Shown piece by piece: positions 1 to 12,907 of a stretch of 64,000 nt of DNA; within the stretch, counting starts at the first letter, position 1; each line of letters opens with the position of its first letter. Source of the DNA: Eledone cirrhosa (Eukaryota); NCBI GenBank assembly GCA_964016885.1, contig OZ024742.1, positions 243,226,001 through 243,290,000 on the forward strand. Reading direction: 5' to 3'. Below the pieces are notes generated by a model that had not been told where the DNA came from, did not search any database, and saw only the letters and a list, made by a program, of their open reading frames with translations. Made by a program: the position numbers and the translations under genes.

Positions 1-233
1 CACTGGGATGGATATTCTTGCTATGAGAACATTGGCACAAGTAAAATACGAAGAATTTTAGTCTGATACACAGCTACAGCTGCACCTCTCATATTCATTC
101 GCTGTGTAAAAATCCCAGTAAGAAAACTTCGATGTCGAGCCAAATAACTGTCCCTTGAGCTTAAATGTACCCATTTACAAACATTTGCATACGTATTTCC
201 CGTTTATAAACATGTATCATTCTGGTGTGTTCA

Positions 234-490
234 TGTATGTATGTATGTATGTATGTATGTATGTATGTATGTATGTATGTATGTATGTATGTATGTGTTT
301 GTATGTATCTATCTATCTATGTATGTATGTATGTATGTATGTATGTATGTGTATGTATGTATGCAAATATGTATGTATGTATACATGCATGTATGTGAAT
401 GCATGTATATATGTATGTTTGTAAGTATCTATATATGTATGTATGTATGTATATATGATTGTATGTATGTATGTATATATATCTATGTAT
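234..490. repeat. (TATG)n microsatellite
   Basis: Direct tandem tetranucleotide repeat; explains the MYVC-type ORFs. Confidence 0.95.
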
Positions 491-851
491 GTACGGCATG
501 CAAGAGAGAGAGCACAAGTAGTTTCATTCTTTCACCCCGACCAATTGCTGATACGAATATTATTAGTTCCGGATTCTAAATCCTGAAAAAAAAGTGAGAA
601 ATACGACAGAAAGCGATATAAACAGGAACAAAATACCAACAACGATGACGAGTAAATACTCGCTCTGGGAGGTGTGCTTAACTGATAAAAATCACAGCAC
701 CTCCCTTCTATTATAATCAGATCTATTTACTATTACAAACAGCTTTTCCTCTTCCGCATTTTGGAATTATTTTTTTCGTTTTTCTTTTTCTTTTTTCCTC
801 TCCCTTGTGTCTTTAGCAATTCTATATATCTACGCATTTTTTTTGTCTCTC

Positions 852-918
<67 letters not shown>

Positions 919-931
919 CTTTCCTTGTCTC

Positions 932-969
<38 letters not shown>

Positions 970-978
970 ATATATATA

Positions 979-1073
979 AACATATCTGAGGAACTTGCGA
1001 ATCCAGAGTGAGGTTCGATCCACAAATAGATCGTACCTCGAGCTGAGCGCCGGAGAAACAATTGTAATACGTT
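979..1073 (+). ncRNA. Type I hammerhead ribozyme motif with extended stem II
   Basis: aacatat-CTGAGGA-long stem II-GAAA-caattg (palindromic stem III)-TA-atacgtt; homologous copy at 14581-14676 (-). Confidence 0.7.
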
Positions 1074-1128
1074 AATAAATTGTGTTTCGATGCATCACTT
1101 CTTCTTCGTTTTCCATTTTATATATATA

Positions 1129-1830
1129 CTAGCAGATGTACCTGGCGTTGCTCGGGAAATGAATGACAGCCTGTTTTTCCGTATAAAGAGAGCTAAAGGT
1201 TGAGCAAAGAATTGAAATGTAATTGTAAAAAAGAGTTTAACAAAATGGGTGTACAGTGACATGATTGAGTGAAATAAACGGCAACATAAAAACAATTCAT
1301 GGGGTAGCTTGAGTTAATTGACATGAATGATTTCAGGTCCGGCCTTGCTGTAGTAGGTATGAGTAAGGGGATAAAGATGGAATAGACGCACCGTATATCC
1401 TTCAGTAGACTAAACCCTATGCGTAAGATGGCGCTGCCACTACCACGTTGACCATCCACTGGACATAGAAATATCATTCCTTGAAGGAAATCGGCCTAGT
1501 ACTTCAAAAGTTAAAAGGAGCCTAGTATTTGTACACAGACAGATACACACACAAAATCGATTTTTCGGCCCCAATATCGATTCTTTTTTTTTTTTTCTAT
1601 CCAAAATCTGCTCTGGCATATAAGCAACATGTGTGTCAAATTTGGTTGAAATCGGCCTAGTACTTCAAAAGTTAAAAGGAACCTAGTATTTGTACAAAAA
1701 ATCGATTTTTCGGCCCCAATATCGATTTTTTTTTTTTCAAATTTGTTTTTGTCCCAAACCTGCTCTGGCATATAAGCAATACGTGTGCCAAATTTGGTTA
1801 AAATCGGCCTAGTACTTCAAAAGTACTATG
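1129..1830 (-). mobile_element. Non-autonomous Helitron fragment with internal 150-160 bp tandem repeats
   Basis: Plus strand CTAGcagatgtacctggcgttgctcggg is the reverse complement of a Helitron 3' hairpin plus CTAG, matching the end at 2532; aaatcggcctagtacttcaaaag recurs at about 1488, 1650 and 1801. Confidence 0.65.
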
Positions 1831-2110
1831 TCAGGTCACCAGTTGGTGCTACTGGTAACATGTATCCCAGTACAACCTGTCTCATGGTCGGGTCGTTGGC
1901 GACTAAACTGGCAACCCCACCAAGGTTTCTTGGTGAGGAGGATGACTTTGGACATCCTGCAGGACTAAAAACAAAACCTGTCAAAGGGCAAAGAAGCTCT
2001 TAAGAGTCGATGGCCATACAAAATCACCGGGAGAGATGACCCCTTAGCCTTTGTCAAGGCAGAATTCTAGGAGAAGGAAAACTCTGATATAACACCTGCA
2101 ACCCTGATGG
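1830..2110 (+). mobile_element. Interspersed repeat, probable LINE (RTE-like) 5' UTR; second copy at 18212-18375
   Basis: Shared gtgctactggtaacatg...catggtcgggtcgt.ggcgactaaac..gcaaccccaccaag in both copies. Confidence 0.55.
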
Positions 2111-2434
2111 TATCCAGTGATGTTGACTTGTTCTTTTTGTGGTAAATATCATCTTGGTTAACAGAGTGGGACTGGCTTTGTGCAGTGCCTTTGCTCACTA
2201 TAAAAGCTTCACGGCACAGGCATTGCTTTATATCTGGAGATATCTCTGCACTTGTCATCACATGGTACCATGGGCCCAGCACTATGTGTCAATAATTGTC
2301 ACAAGTGTAGTGTTTGTACCAGAGTTTTCAAGTCGCTGGCTGGACTAAAAAGTCACACTTGTTCAGCGCATCGGTAGGTGTTCTCCTACATGTATATAAA
2401 GTAGTGGCCGTACTCGAAAACGAGTTGGCAGCCA

Positions 2435-2532
<98 letters not shown>

Positions 2533-2843
2533 TACCAGTTTAGCCCGGCGTTGCTCGGGTTTGTTCATTTGCTATGAAAAGTTACATACAGGTAAACGTG
2601 GCTTGAAAGCGAATATGCTTATCAATTAAGTACATAAAGCAGTTGAACCGGTTATTAAAAGTTAGCATTTTGGACAATCAATGATGGGTTAATAATCTTC
2701 CAATAGCGAATTTAGCAGACCAAAGTTGCAAGATGGTGGCCGTGATGCCGCTGGGTGTCAGATCTATCCGCCATGGGTGACCCTACCAGGAAATAGTTTT
2801 CCAGATGGCATAGCTCCAACACCTCCAACACCTGCACCAACAT

Positions 2844-3041
2844 CTATAGCACCTCTTTGTAGACGATATTGCGTGTCATCCCTTGAGGAGTGTAAGCAAA
2901 AATTCCATTCCTGCTCCCTACGCGGGAACAAGCAACATAAAGTTGGCCATGGGAGAAGCATGGCTCTCTCAAATGGATGCCCGCCACCGACAATGTTTGC
3001 CCTTGTGACTTGTCAATGGACATGGCAAAACATGGTCTCAC
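2844..3041 (-). pseudogene. Helitron Pif1-family helicase C-terminal fragment
   Basis: FAMSIDKSQGQTL...FSHGQLYVACSRV matches Pif1 motifs V/VI; ends with the typical NIVYKEVL. Confidence 0.92.
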
Positions 3042-3184
3042 CGGGAATTGGGATCGCCGGAAATCGAACGGGATATCTGACGCCGAATTCGGCAGAATTG
3101 TCAGAAGTACAACACTATGGGTGTTGTCATATTAATATTTAACCAATGAAAGTCGTAAAAAATAAATAATTTAAACATTCCGAT

Positions 3185-4402
3185 TCATATGTCTGACTTT
3201 CTTTGAGGAATACCGAAATGGTATCCGTCTTCCCCACAAACAAAAAGCAGTGGATATGGTAGGCTGTCGTATGACCGATGCGTTTCACAAATCCTCTGCA
3301 GCGTATCGTCACGACTTTTAATGACAATGTCCCTTTTTTTATGCTGATCTTCATGGAGAACAACGGCTACTTCATTGCATGCGAGGGCGTTATAGCGGCG
3401 AGCATGCTCCCCAGATGGCCTTTTGTCAGCATCAATAACGATGTTGAAGTTAGGTACAGGTGTTGATTCCAAGACATATTTGAAGCTCTGGACGAAGCTG
3501 TTGTTTTCATGAAGCATGCGTTGAAGACCGAGTAGTATGTCTTTGTCAACAGATTTACTTTTCTCGCCGTTAGACTTAGGAATAATAGAAATACGCATGT
3601 CAGCCTGTCTAATGTAGTCAGTTATGAAGTAGATTTGGAGAAACGCGGACTTTTCCGTTTCTTGAGGCTGGAGTGATCCAATTAGATGGTATATCTGTCC
3701 CTGAACTTTAAATGTGGGCATCCACCCATCTTCTCGGACAACGCGTGCCCCGAAAGAGGTCATCTGAAAGGCACAATTGTACTTTCTGATGAGTTCAAGA
3801 AAATCTTTTGACCTAGGAGTTGTACCAGTAAGAAGTTCTTTCAAAGGCTGCGGTGGGTCCTCTAAGGGGAGTAAATTAACCTTGCCATTGGAGCAGCACA
3901 TTCCAGGTGGTTCTCCAGCCCACTTATTTGCACTACAGAACTTGCAAGTTAAACTCATATTCCCAATCTGGATGTCAGGCCGCATTGAGAGGTTAAGTGT
4001 TGGATCATAATTAAAAGCTTTTAAAATCCAATATGAATTGTTTGGACTTTTTATGCCCCGGGTAGTTTCTTTACGCCGATTGTTCTTTTCCAGTCTAATA
4101 CTGCGATCGTTGTGTGATTCTTTGGCTCTAGCAGCGACAGTAGCCACAGCATTACGGGAATTACGAAATGATTTTTGCTGTTCATTTTCGGTAGCTCTAG
4201 CAGCGGCAGTAGTCACAGCATTCCGGGAATTACGGATAGAACGGTCTAAATCAATAAGCTTAGCACGCGACGAAGTATAGTAAGATCTATTGCTGACTAG
4301 ACGCTCACTACGCTGGTCGCCGGTTTCAGCAACTCTTCTATTTGCTGAACGTAAAGCACTTTGTGACAATCGCAATTCAGTTTTCTCCTGCGACTCATTC
4401 AA
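3185..4402 (-). pseudogene. Helitron RepHel N-terminal part (zinc-finger region), truncated
   Basis: CKFCSANKWAGEPPGMCCSNGKV, IRKYNCAFQMTSFG, FKVQGQIYHLIGSL and HRSYDSLPYPLLF are characteristic Helitron motifs. Confidence 0.9.
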
Positions 4403-5387
4403 CCGTCTTCTTTTCTATTTAACTTCAGACACCGTTTTACGAGCAAGTGAGCATACTTTTTGGGGGGCATTATATCTGAAAATGTTAAACAAAAACCATA
4501 TGAAATTAGAAACTAAATGGTAAACACAATTGAATGGAAGATGAAATAGCAACGAAAAAAAAGTAAATGAAGATGCAATATTCAAACAAAATTGGGGGTA
4601 GGTATGACTAATTATCTACCAACTGGTAGTATTTGGATGGAAATACTTGACTTTATATGAAAAGAAAAAAAATATTAACTCACACTCACCTAATCAGTGT
4701 ATTCGGCAGAATTGCCAGAACTACAACACTATGGGTGTTGTCATATTAATATTTAACCAATGAAAGTCGTAAAAAATAAATAATTTAAACATTCCGATTC
4801 ATATGTCTGTAGCATTAATCTGTTATATGAAGTGTTATTTTGCGGGTTGTTATTTGCAATAAGCCGATTTAAAATACACCAGATAAGCCGTATGTCAATA
4901 CGGAACGCTCAATAGGGAATGCTCAATAAGGAACGCTCCACTGCAGTGTTGTCATATAGGGAGTGAAGAGCGACAGAGAGAGTAAAGCAGTTAAATTATA
5001 GAGAGGGGGAATGATCCTGATCGATTTTTGCCCTTATTGTTTATGGATTTGAAATTTCTTTGCTTCATGACCTTTTCCTGACCAAAACCAATAATTGTCC
5101 AGTCTTTGAATAGAATCCGTTGGAAATTGTGGACGTGAATCCATTACAAACCTTAACACACACATCCTCATATTTATGTATATAGATATATATATATAAT
5201 ATTATATTATTTATATTATATTATATATGTTCATACACGGAACAAAAGTGGTACCTAAGGTTTCAAGGCCCAATATTGATCATATCTTTAGATTGAACGA
5301 GGGATCAAATTTCAATATAAATTATATATATATATATATATATATACGATATTAATAAATGGAAACTATATTTATAAAACCATATTT

Positions 5388-5450
5388 ATTTCATTATACA
5401 TATTTCAGGGATACCAAATTAAATTATGGTATGCCTTCATCAGACAAAAT
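5388..5450 (-). ncRNA. Type I hammerhead ribozyme motif
   Basis: Minus strand: attttgt-CTGATGA-aggcatacca...tggtatccct-GAAA-tatgta-TA-atgaaat; same family as 36200-36263. Confidence 0.75.
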
Positions 5451-5532
5451 GCAATATATAACAGTTTTACAAATAAGCTTTGACGTACCCTTTTAAAATG
5501 CAACCATTATTTTTGGAAGCCATCAGAACTTT

Positions 5533-5657
<125 letters not shown>

Positions 5658-6199
5658 TCACCTCCATGAGCCTTTAACCTCACTGCTAAATACATTACCA
5701 ATACGCCACTAGTATGACAATTGTGATTCTAGAAGGAGTCGTGAAGGCCTCGGAACAATAATGCACAAACAACAGACTAAGCATAAAATGGGAAATATAA
5801 AAATGCTTTTAAAAAATTGTGAAACTGGAGCACAGTCGTGTTTTCAATACTTGTTAAAGATACATCTGTGCAAAGTGTGCTCGTGTACTCCGAATGCAGA
5901 AGCCGGTGTCTCATCAGCCGGTGAAATAATATATATATATATATATATATATACGAGTAGAAGGTTAGTAAAATCGAAGTTATGGCAGTCGGCCAACACC
6001 ACCGAAGTAACCATTCGGAGTTTGCACGAAGCACTTAATAAGAATGTATCGATAAATCGATAGGTTATACCTTAGAGTAAGAAACATACGCTAAAAAGCG
6101 TGACAAATTGAAAACTGTGGTTAGGGAACATAGTCACAGAAGCCACCACAACTACGAAAATCAATCAGGCTATATATATATATATATATATTTACCTTC

Positions 6200-8490
6200 T
6201 AATAACAGTACAAGAACTCCCCCTCCCCCCCCCCCCCACAGCCCATAAAGGTCGTCAAAACGTACTCAAACTATCATCTACACCTTTCACAACACACACA
6301 CATACACACCCACTCGAAACCCCATCATTTGCCGCTACTCTCTACGCTATAGAATATGTACGGATAGTGGCTGCAAATTCACCCATTTACCTAGGACAAC
6401 ACGGTCTATCCCCACAAACACCCACCACCATAATACATACTCCAATTTAACACCAACACAACCACCAATAACTGAAACAAGGAATCCACAAATCTGCCGC
6501 TTTTCCCAGCGAGACAGATTGTGTTTACACCGGGATTGTCCCTTTACCCTTCTCCCGAGGACTCCGAGGACAAATGAAAATAAAAATAAAAATAAAAGCA
6601 AAAACAAAAACCATAACCTACATAAAAATAACCACTACCACAGTCACCAACAGTCTCTTAAACAGGAAACTTCTTCCTCTTTTTTAGCCATAATGAATCT
6701 GGCAAAAGAACTGGAAAAAAACATTCGAGCTATCACCCAGCACCACCCTCCACTATCACCCCACTGCACAAACTCCCATTGCTGCTATTAACAAACAAAC
6801 AAATTAACAACACACCAAAACAATTAAAACCATCCACTCTCGCCTCAACATTTTTGCTTAACGCCCAAGGCATCAGCCCTTCCACCAATACTCAAAAATG
6901 GAAGATCAAATTCCTGGAGGACTGGGTTGATGTCCATCCAAACCACATCCCTTTCTTCGTCCTCACTGAAACCCATCTCAGTAACCTCCACTTGGAAGCC
7001 GAGGTGAAAATGAAAAATTTCAAAGCCATCCGTGCTGATCGCGCTGGCAGAAGAAAGGGTGGGACTGCCATTTATGTCCATAATTCTTTCTCAACAGAGG
7101 CTATGAACATATTTTCTAATGGATACTGCGAAGCAGTCACTGTATTCAGTCAAACCAACAACCTAATAGTAGTTGGGCTCTATAGGCCACCCCAAACGCC
7201 TCTACCATGTTTCAAGGAATGCCTCAACAGCATAAAGTGTTTCATCCAAGAATGTCACCCTGACAACATCTTAATGATGGGGGACTTCAACCTTCCCGGA
7301 GTTGACTGGTCCACAAACAGCCTGCCACCAGGTTCTTCTCCCTCAACCTCTGACAGGGAAGCAGTGGAATCGCTTCTTGACTTCATGGATGATTTCTTCC
7401 TGTCCCAACTGGTGCTCGAACCAACGAGGTGCCACAAAAACGTCCTAGACTTAATTTTCAGCAATCACACTGACACTATCCACAATATTGTAGTGGAGAA
7501 AACTCTACTCTCTGATCATGACATGGTTCCCTGTGATCTAAGATTCCACCGTCCAATATACAAACCCATTGTCATCTCTCCTGTCCATCCGTTTGACGCT
7601 ATGAATTTCCACAATGCAAACTGGGAAGCGATCAGTCATGATCTTGCACATGTCGACTGGTCCTTCACGCACACTCACACACCCACTAACATCAAAACGT
7701 CCTGGCAGACATTTGTGGACACTGTTACAAACATATGTGCAAAACACACCCCATTAAGAACTATAAACAAATCTAAGAGCAGAATCCCTAGAAATAGAAA
7801 AACGCTCATCAGGAAAATTAAGAGAACTAACAAAAAAAATCAACAAGCTGAAATACTGTCAGCAGCAACACATCAACTTGACTGCCATTTCATCACTAGA
7901 GACTAAAAAACATAACCTCCAAAACAATATGATGTCTATCATCAACAATCAGAGAAGAGCTGAAGAGGCCTGGACCATGGGGGAGATACTGCAGAAACAA
8001 TACTGCTCTGTTTTCAGCAATCCTGATATGGCCGATCTGGGCTGTATCGGCGATGTTACTCCCCATTACACCTTATCGGACATAACGTTTGGTGCCCCTG
8101 ATGTCTTAGCGGCAATAAAGGAAATCAAGCATAATTCAGCAGTAGGTCCCGATAGGTTCCCTGCTTGTGTCTTGAAGGCGTGTCAACACCAACTTGCATC
8201 TCCTCTTGCCAATCTGCGGCGGAACTCACTGGATGCTGGATATGTGCCAGAAAACCTTCTATCCCAGTCTGTTGTCCCAGTTTTCAAAAAAGGAAACATA
8301 TCCCTTGCCGTGAATTACCGTCCAATCTCACTCACCTCTCATATCATTAAGGTATTTGAGAGAGTGGTGAGATCGCGAATGACTCACTTCCTTGAGAGTA
8401 ACAATATGCTGAACTCCAACCAGCATGGATTCCGTAATGGAAGGGATTGCCTGACGCAGCAACTGCATCACTTTGATGACATTTTGCGAC
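6200..8490 (+). mobile_element. CR1/L2-group LINE fragment: ORF1 remnant, APE endonuclease and start of RT, frameshifted and truncated at (TA)n
   Basis: ORF 6779-7906 has LTETHL, RADR..R.GGGTAIYV, LYRPP, MGDFNLP, LDLIFSN and SDHDMV; ORF 7878-8490 has GPDRFP, VVPVFKKG, NYRPISLTSHIIKVFER and QHGFR. Confidence 0.92.
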
Positions 8491-8491
8491 C

Positions 8492-8526
<35 letters not shown>

Positions 8527-8874
8527 TATATATATATATATACATATACACACACACACATATATATAAGTATGTAAAAAACATAGATATAAAAACACAC
8601 ATACACACATACACACATGCACACTTACACGCATACATACAATATACAAATCAGCCGTATGAATAAATGAATACAAATTATACGCAAGTAAACATACATA
8701 AAAGCGGCTGAGGGACAACAGAATATATCTTGAGTTGAAAACGCAAGTGCCATGTGTTATGGGAGGGTCATGCTGCCAATAAAAACACACGCATCATTTG
8801 ATTTTCACTTCAATTTAAATTTATTATAAATTTCCGATTGGTTGGTTCGATAACTGGATGGTTGTTTAGATATT

Positions 8875-8917
8875 GTCAAAACTCTTTCGTCACACATTCT
8901 ATGACCTCCTCAGTGAC
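8875..8917 (-). ncRNA. Degenerate minimal hammerhead motif
   Basis: Minus strand: gtca-CTGAGGA-ggtcat...gtgac-GAAA-gagt-TT-tgac; stem III is weak. Confidence 0.5.
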
Positions 8918-9058
8918 TAGGTTTTAATTTCGTGTCTCTCCTTTGTCTCTCCTTTATTGACAGCATAACCCTCCCAAAGTATAACAATATCTGTTTCGAC
9001 ACACGTTTTCAGTTAAGAAATCTTGCAAAACAAATTTAAAAACGACTATATATATACA

Positions 9059-9129
<71 letters not shown>

Positions 9130-9130
<1 letters not shown>

Positions 9131-9735
9131 ACATCTTGACGGGTGTTCGACAAGGCTGCATCCTTTCGCCTTTTCTTTTCCTCATTGTCATCGATTTCAT
9201 CATGAAGAAGACAATGAGTGACCCTCGTTTTAGCATCAGTTGGGATGGAAGGAGATTAAGCGACCAGGACTTTGCCGATGACATCGCAGTGATAGGCCAT
9301 TCCCGAGAAGACCTGCAAGAGATGACAAACGTTCTAAATGACAATGCAGAGAAAGTTGTCCTGCGCATCAGTTGTGAAAAAACCAAGACCATGTCGACAG
9401 GTGACCCTCCAAATCCTCCCACCATGGTTGGTCAGCGTAACATTGAATGTGTAAACCACTTCCAATACCTTGGCAGCAACATCTCTGACGATGGGGTAGA
9501 TATGCGCACAAGTCTGGGAAAAGCAGCGGCGGTCTTCCAGCGATTCCATCCGGTATGGTCCAGGTGTTCCATCGGCAACGCCGTCAAATTCCGTGTTTAC
9601 ATTTCCATTGTAGTACCAACAGCGATATATGCCTATGAGACATGGAAGAGTATGGAAAGTGTACGTAACAAGCTTGATGTATTCCACCGTCGTTGCATTC
9701 GGACCATATTGAAAATTTCATGGAGAGACCAAGTC
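9130..9735 (+). mobile_element. RTE-type LINE reverse transcriptase fragment
   Basis: GVRQGCILSPFLF, DQDFADDIA, FQYLGSNI and LDVFHRRCIRTILKISW. Confidence 0.92.
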
Positions 9736-10244
9736 ATGAGAAAAATGGAAAACCAAGATCTTGGTTTTCCATTTCTGTTTAGTGGCATAGTCAATTATAT
9801 ACTAGTGATTTGATCAACAATAGTGTGTTGGTGATTACTATGTTGGTTCGTTACTTTTAAGCAGAATATCCATTGTGTAACATTCGGTGTTGAGGCAATA
9901 TTTCATTCCACTTAAGTGAAGCTATTTTTAAATATTATGCCTGTCCTTAACGCCAACAAAGTAAACATAGATACATAGATATGGCTTATGCAATACTTCT
10001 CTGATTTACGGGTTATATTGTTATAGCAACATCTGAGTTTTGTGTGGCTGTTTTGTTTTTGTTGTTGTTTTTTTTCTTTCTCATATATTAATTCCTTGTT
10101 TAGAGATTTAGAAGTGGCACAGTAATGTTTCCAATGATGTCATAATAATTGAGTGTTAATCAGATTGTAAGCAAAGATTTACAAAAAAAAACATCTTAAG
10201 AATCAAATAAATGACGACAATAGAAAGTATATATATATATATAG

Positions 10245-10548
10245 AAAAAATGATGAAATCGAAAATGCAACTGGAGTCTTATTTTAAAAAATATATATAT
10301 ATTTATCTGGTTCCTTTACCGGTTTTTCACATCTGATGTGAGAAAAACCACAGACCCTCCATCTCAACTCTACTTTTGAAAAGCAGAAGAACTGCGAAAC
10401 CGGTAAAGGAACCAAAATAAATATATATATTTTTTTTTTAAATAAGACTCCAGTTGCATTTTCGATTTCATCTTTATTTCTTTATACTTTCACTCGTGTA
10501 GGACACCTCGGTTATTTTTCATTTTGTAAAAAAAACCTCACTTTCTAA
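10245..10548. mobile_element. TA-flanked foldback repeat (family also at 14308-14520 and about 41935-42090)
   Basis: 10252-10325 is the reverse complement of about 10396-10472; homologous sequence elsewhere in the window. Confidence 0.8.
10373..10409 (+). ncRNA. Minimal hammerhead motif, U3:A8 core variant
   Basis: ctt-TTGAAAA-gcag aagaa ctgc-GAAA-ccgg-TA-aag. Confidence 0.65.
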
Positions 10549-10568
10549 TATATATATATATATATATA

Positions 10569-11059
10569 AAGGCCAGTTACAAAAAAGATAGATGCCATGA
10601 CAGGCCTTGACTATTGGGGTCGACTAGAAAAGCTCAACCTTTATTCTCTCCAACGTCACCGTGAGCGCTGCATTATCTGCATGATGTAGAAAATAGTCCA
10701 TCAGCATTGCCCAATGATGTTGTGCCCCGTGCTATCCACCCACCACAAAAATCACACTCGGATCTCATAACAGCAATACGGCACAATTAATTCACCTCAA
10801 TTGGCCCCGCTCTCTTTAACATTACACCAAAACACATTAAAACTGAAACAAACCCCATAAAGTTCAAATAGTCTTCAGACAAATTCCTTCAAGAAATCCT
10901 GGATAAACCTCCTACACCCGGATATGTCTCCGTAAACAATAACTCTCTACTTAAGTGGGCCATGGTGTCCAAATCCTGATGTAAAAGACTTCGCCAGATG
11001 GTACTATAAAGTTAGACATGGCCTGGGCCAATACTGGCCGAAACCTATCAAACCATTCA

Positions 11060-11062
<3 letters not shown>
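10569..11062 (+). mobile_element. CR1-type LINE 3' end fragment
   Basis: Translates to TKKIDAMTGLDYWGRLEKLNLYSLQRHRER, the CR1 ORF2 C-terminal motif, with stops; short repeat tail before (TA)n. Confidence 0.8.
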
Positions 11063-11145
<83 letters not shown>

Positions 11146-11202
11146 GTAAAATAAGAAAATTTAAAAAAAATTTAAAAAATTAACTTACTTACTAAAATTT
11201 TC

Positions 11203-11284
11203 ACTCCAACTAATTAGTTTCTGCAATGGGATATAGACAGTTACGTAATATAACTGTCGAGAATTCATTGCGTCATCAGGGAGT
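11203..11284 (-). ncRNA. Type I hammerhead ribozyme motif (monomer 1)
   Basis: Minus strand: actcc-CTGATGA-cgcaatg...cattgca-GAAA-ctaattag (palindrome)-TT-ggagt. Confidence 0.8.
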
Positions 11285-11742
11285 CTATTCTCAGCTAAGT
11301 CTCCAGGCAATGCGCGGACACTGGGGACTCATATAAAAATAATAATAATTCGGTAGATGGAACAGCTAGCGGGGACTGGATTGCATGCACTGAAAAGCTC
11401 GCTGTCTCTGGTCAAATGGCAGATTCTAAAGAATCAATCACGTGACGCTGAGGCTAGTCGGAAGGAGTGGGATGGTAAGATGACAGAAGCCTACTACCAC
11501 ACCAATAAATTAGTAGTGGTTTGGACAGGTTTGCTCAACAAATAAATAATTTGGAGATAAATATAGACAATTTAGTATATCTACTAACATATGCGTATAG
11601 ATGTACGCTAATGCTAGCAAATACATAAGTTATGTCATAGTACCTAGGTGGTTCAATGCAGGAGGATGCAGAACAATAATATAAAAGACGTAAAATAAGA
11701 AAATTTTTAAAAAATTAAAAAAATTAACTTACTAAAATTTTC

Positions 11743-11824
11743 ACTCCAACTAATTAGTTTCTGCAATGGGATATAGACAGTTACGTAATATAACTGTCGA
11801 GAATTCATTGCGTCATCAGGGAGT
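11743..11824 (-). ncRNA. Type I hammerhead ribozyme motif (monomer 2)
   Basis: Identical motif exactly 540 bp from the first. Confidence 0.8.
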
Positions 11825-12026
11825 CTATTCTCAGCTAAGTCTCCAGGCAATGCGCGGACACTGGGGACTCATATAAAAATAATAATAATTCGGTAGATGG
11901 AACAGCTAGCGGGGACTGGATTCCATGCACTGAAAAGCTCGCTGTCTCTGGTCAAATGGCAGATTCTAAAGAATCAATCACGTGACGCTGAGGCTAGAGA
12001 CTTAGCTGAGACTTAGCTGAGAATAG

Positions 12027-12108
12027 ACTCCCTGATGACGCAATGAATTCTCGACAGTTATATTACGTAACTGTCTATATCCCATTGCAGAAACTAATTA
12101 GTTGGAGT
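12027..12108 (+). ncRNA. Type I hammerhead ribozyme motif (inverted copy)
   Basis: actcc-CTGATGA-cgcaatg...cattgca-GAAA-ctaattag-TT-ggagt. Confidence 0.8.
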
Positions 12109-12306
12109 GAAAATTTTAGTAAGTAAGTTAATTTTTTTAATTTTTTTTTAATTTTCTTATTTTACGTCTTTTATATTATTGTTCTGCATCCTCCTGCATT
12201 GAACCACCTAGGTACTATGACATAACTTATGTATTTGCTAGCATTAGCGTACATCTGTACGCATATGTTAGTAGATATACTAAATTCTATATATATATAT
12301 ATATAT

Positions 12307-12900
12307 ATATGAAAAATGGCGTGCTGCGTGGTTGCACATGGGTTACATATGAATAAAATTAGTCCTTCATCAGTGATCTTCCAGCCTTCATTGGTATTTC
12401 TTCGCTTTAAAGATCATATACCTCTGGTTGGTGCGAGCAATAACTAAAGAAAGTTATTGGGACACGTAAAATAGGGTGAAGCGAGCGAGACATGTAAACA
12501 AACAAAGATGGTAATGCAACGGAAAGAGAAGAAACAAGTCCGTGATATCTGTGAACTTAAGTTCTGTGAAATCATAGACGAGGAGAGATACAGACCATCC
12601 GACCTGTGTGAGATGTGAGCGAGAAAAGGATTTCACACAGGTCAAACGGGAGGAAGTGAGAGAGGGGATGAAGCAGAGAGTGAGTGAGTGAAAGTGTGAG
12701 GAAGAGGCCAGCGGAGAGTGACTGGCAGAGGGGGTAAAAAACAGGTGAGAGATACAGAGAAAGGGGAAGCAGTAAGAAAGAAACAGACAGGTCGCAGCGG
12801 AAGAAAAAATATAAATATATGAAAAATGGCGTGTTGCGTGGTTGCATATGGGTTACATATGAATAAAATTAGAAGCGAGCGAGACATGTAAACAAACAAA
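12307..12900. repeat. TA-flanked repeat with a 510-bp-spaced terminal direct duplication; related copy at 58510-58670
   Basis: atgaaaaatggcgtg.tgcgtggttgca.atgggttacatatgaataaaattag at about 12309 and 12819. Confidence 0.75.
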
Positions 12901-12907
12901 GAGTATT

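Larger units (their letters stand above)
2532..5186 (-). mobile_element. Internally deleted Helitron
   Basis: 5' TCTATATACATAAA at 5186, 3' hairpin cccgagcaacgccggg with near-CTAG end at 2532, Rep N-terminal ORF and Pif1 helicase C-terminal remnant inside. Confidence 0.9.
11140..12288. mobile_element. TA-flanked HHR-containing element: about 1.6 tandem 540-bp monomers plus an inverted segment
   Basis: 11140-11457 repeats at 11680-11997; 12000-12288 is the reverse complement of about 11569-11842. Confidence 0.9.

Noticed and set aside
1-120. HWDGYSCYE peptide at the window edge resembling a class B GPCR motif
   Set aside because: The frame stops after 21 codons with no convincing splice donor; too short to support.
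5880-5925. CTGATGA on the minus strand as an HHR core
   Set aside because: No GAAA, stem III or stem I' at a workable distance.
12307-12380. CTGATGA (and CTGACGA at about 58529-58535) on the minus strand
   Set aside because: Only the 5' half is present; no matching GAAA-stem III-UH was found, so it is not called as an HHR.
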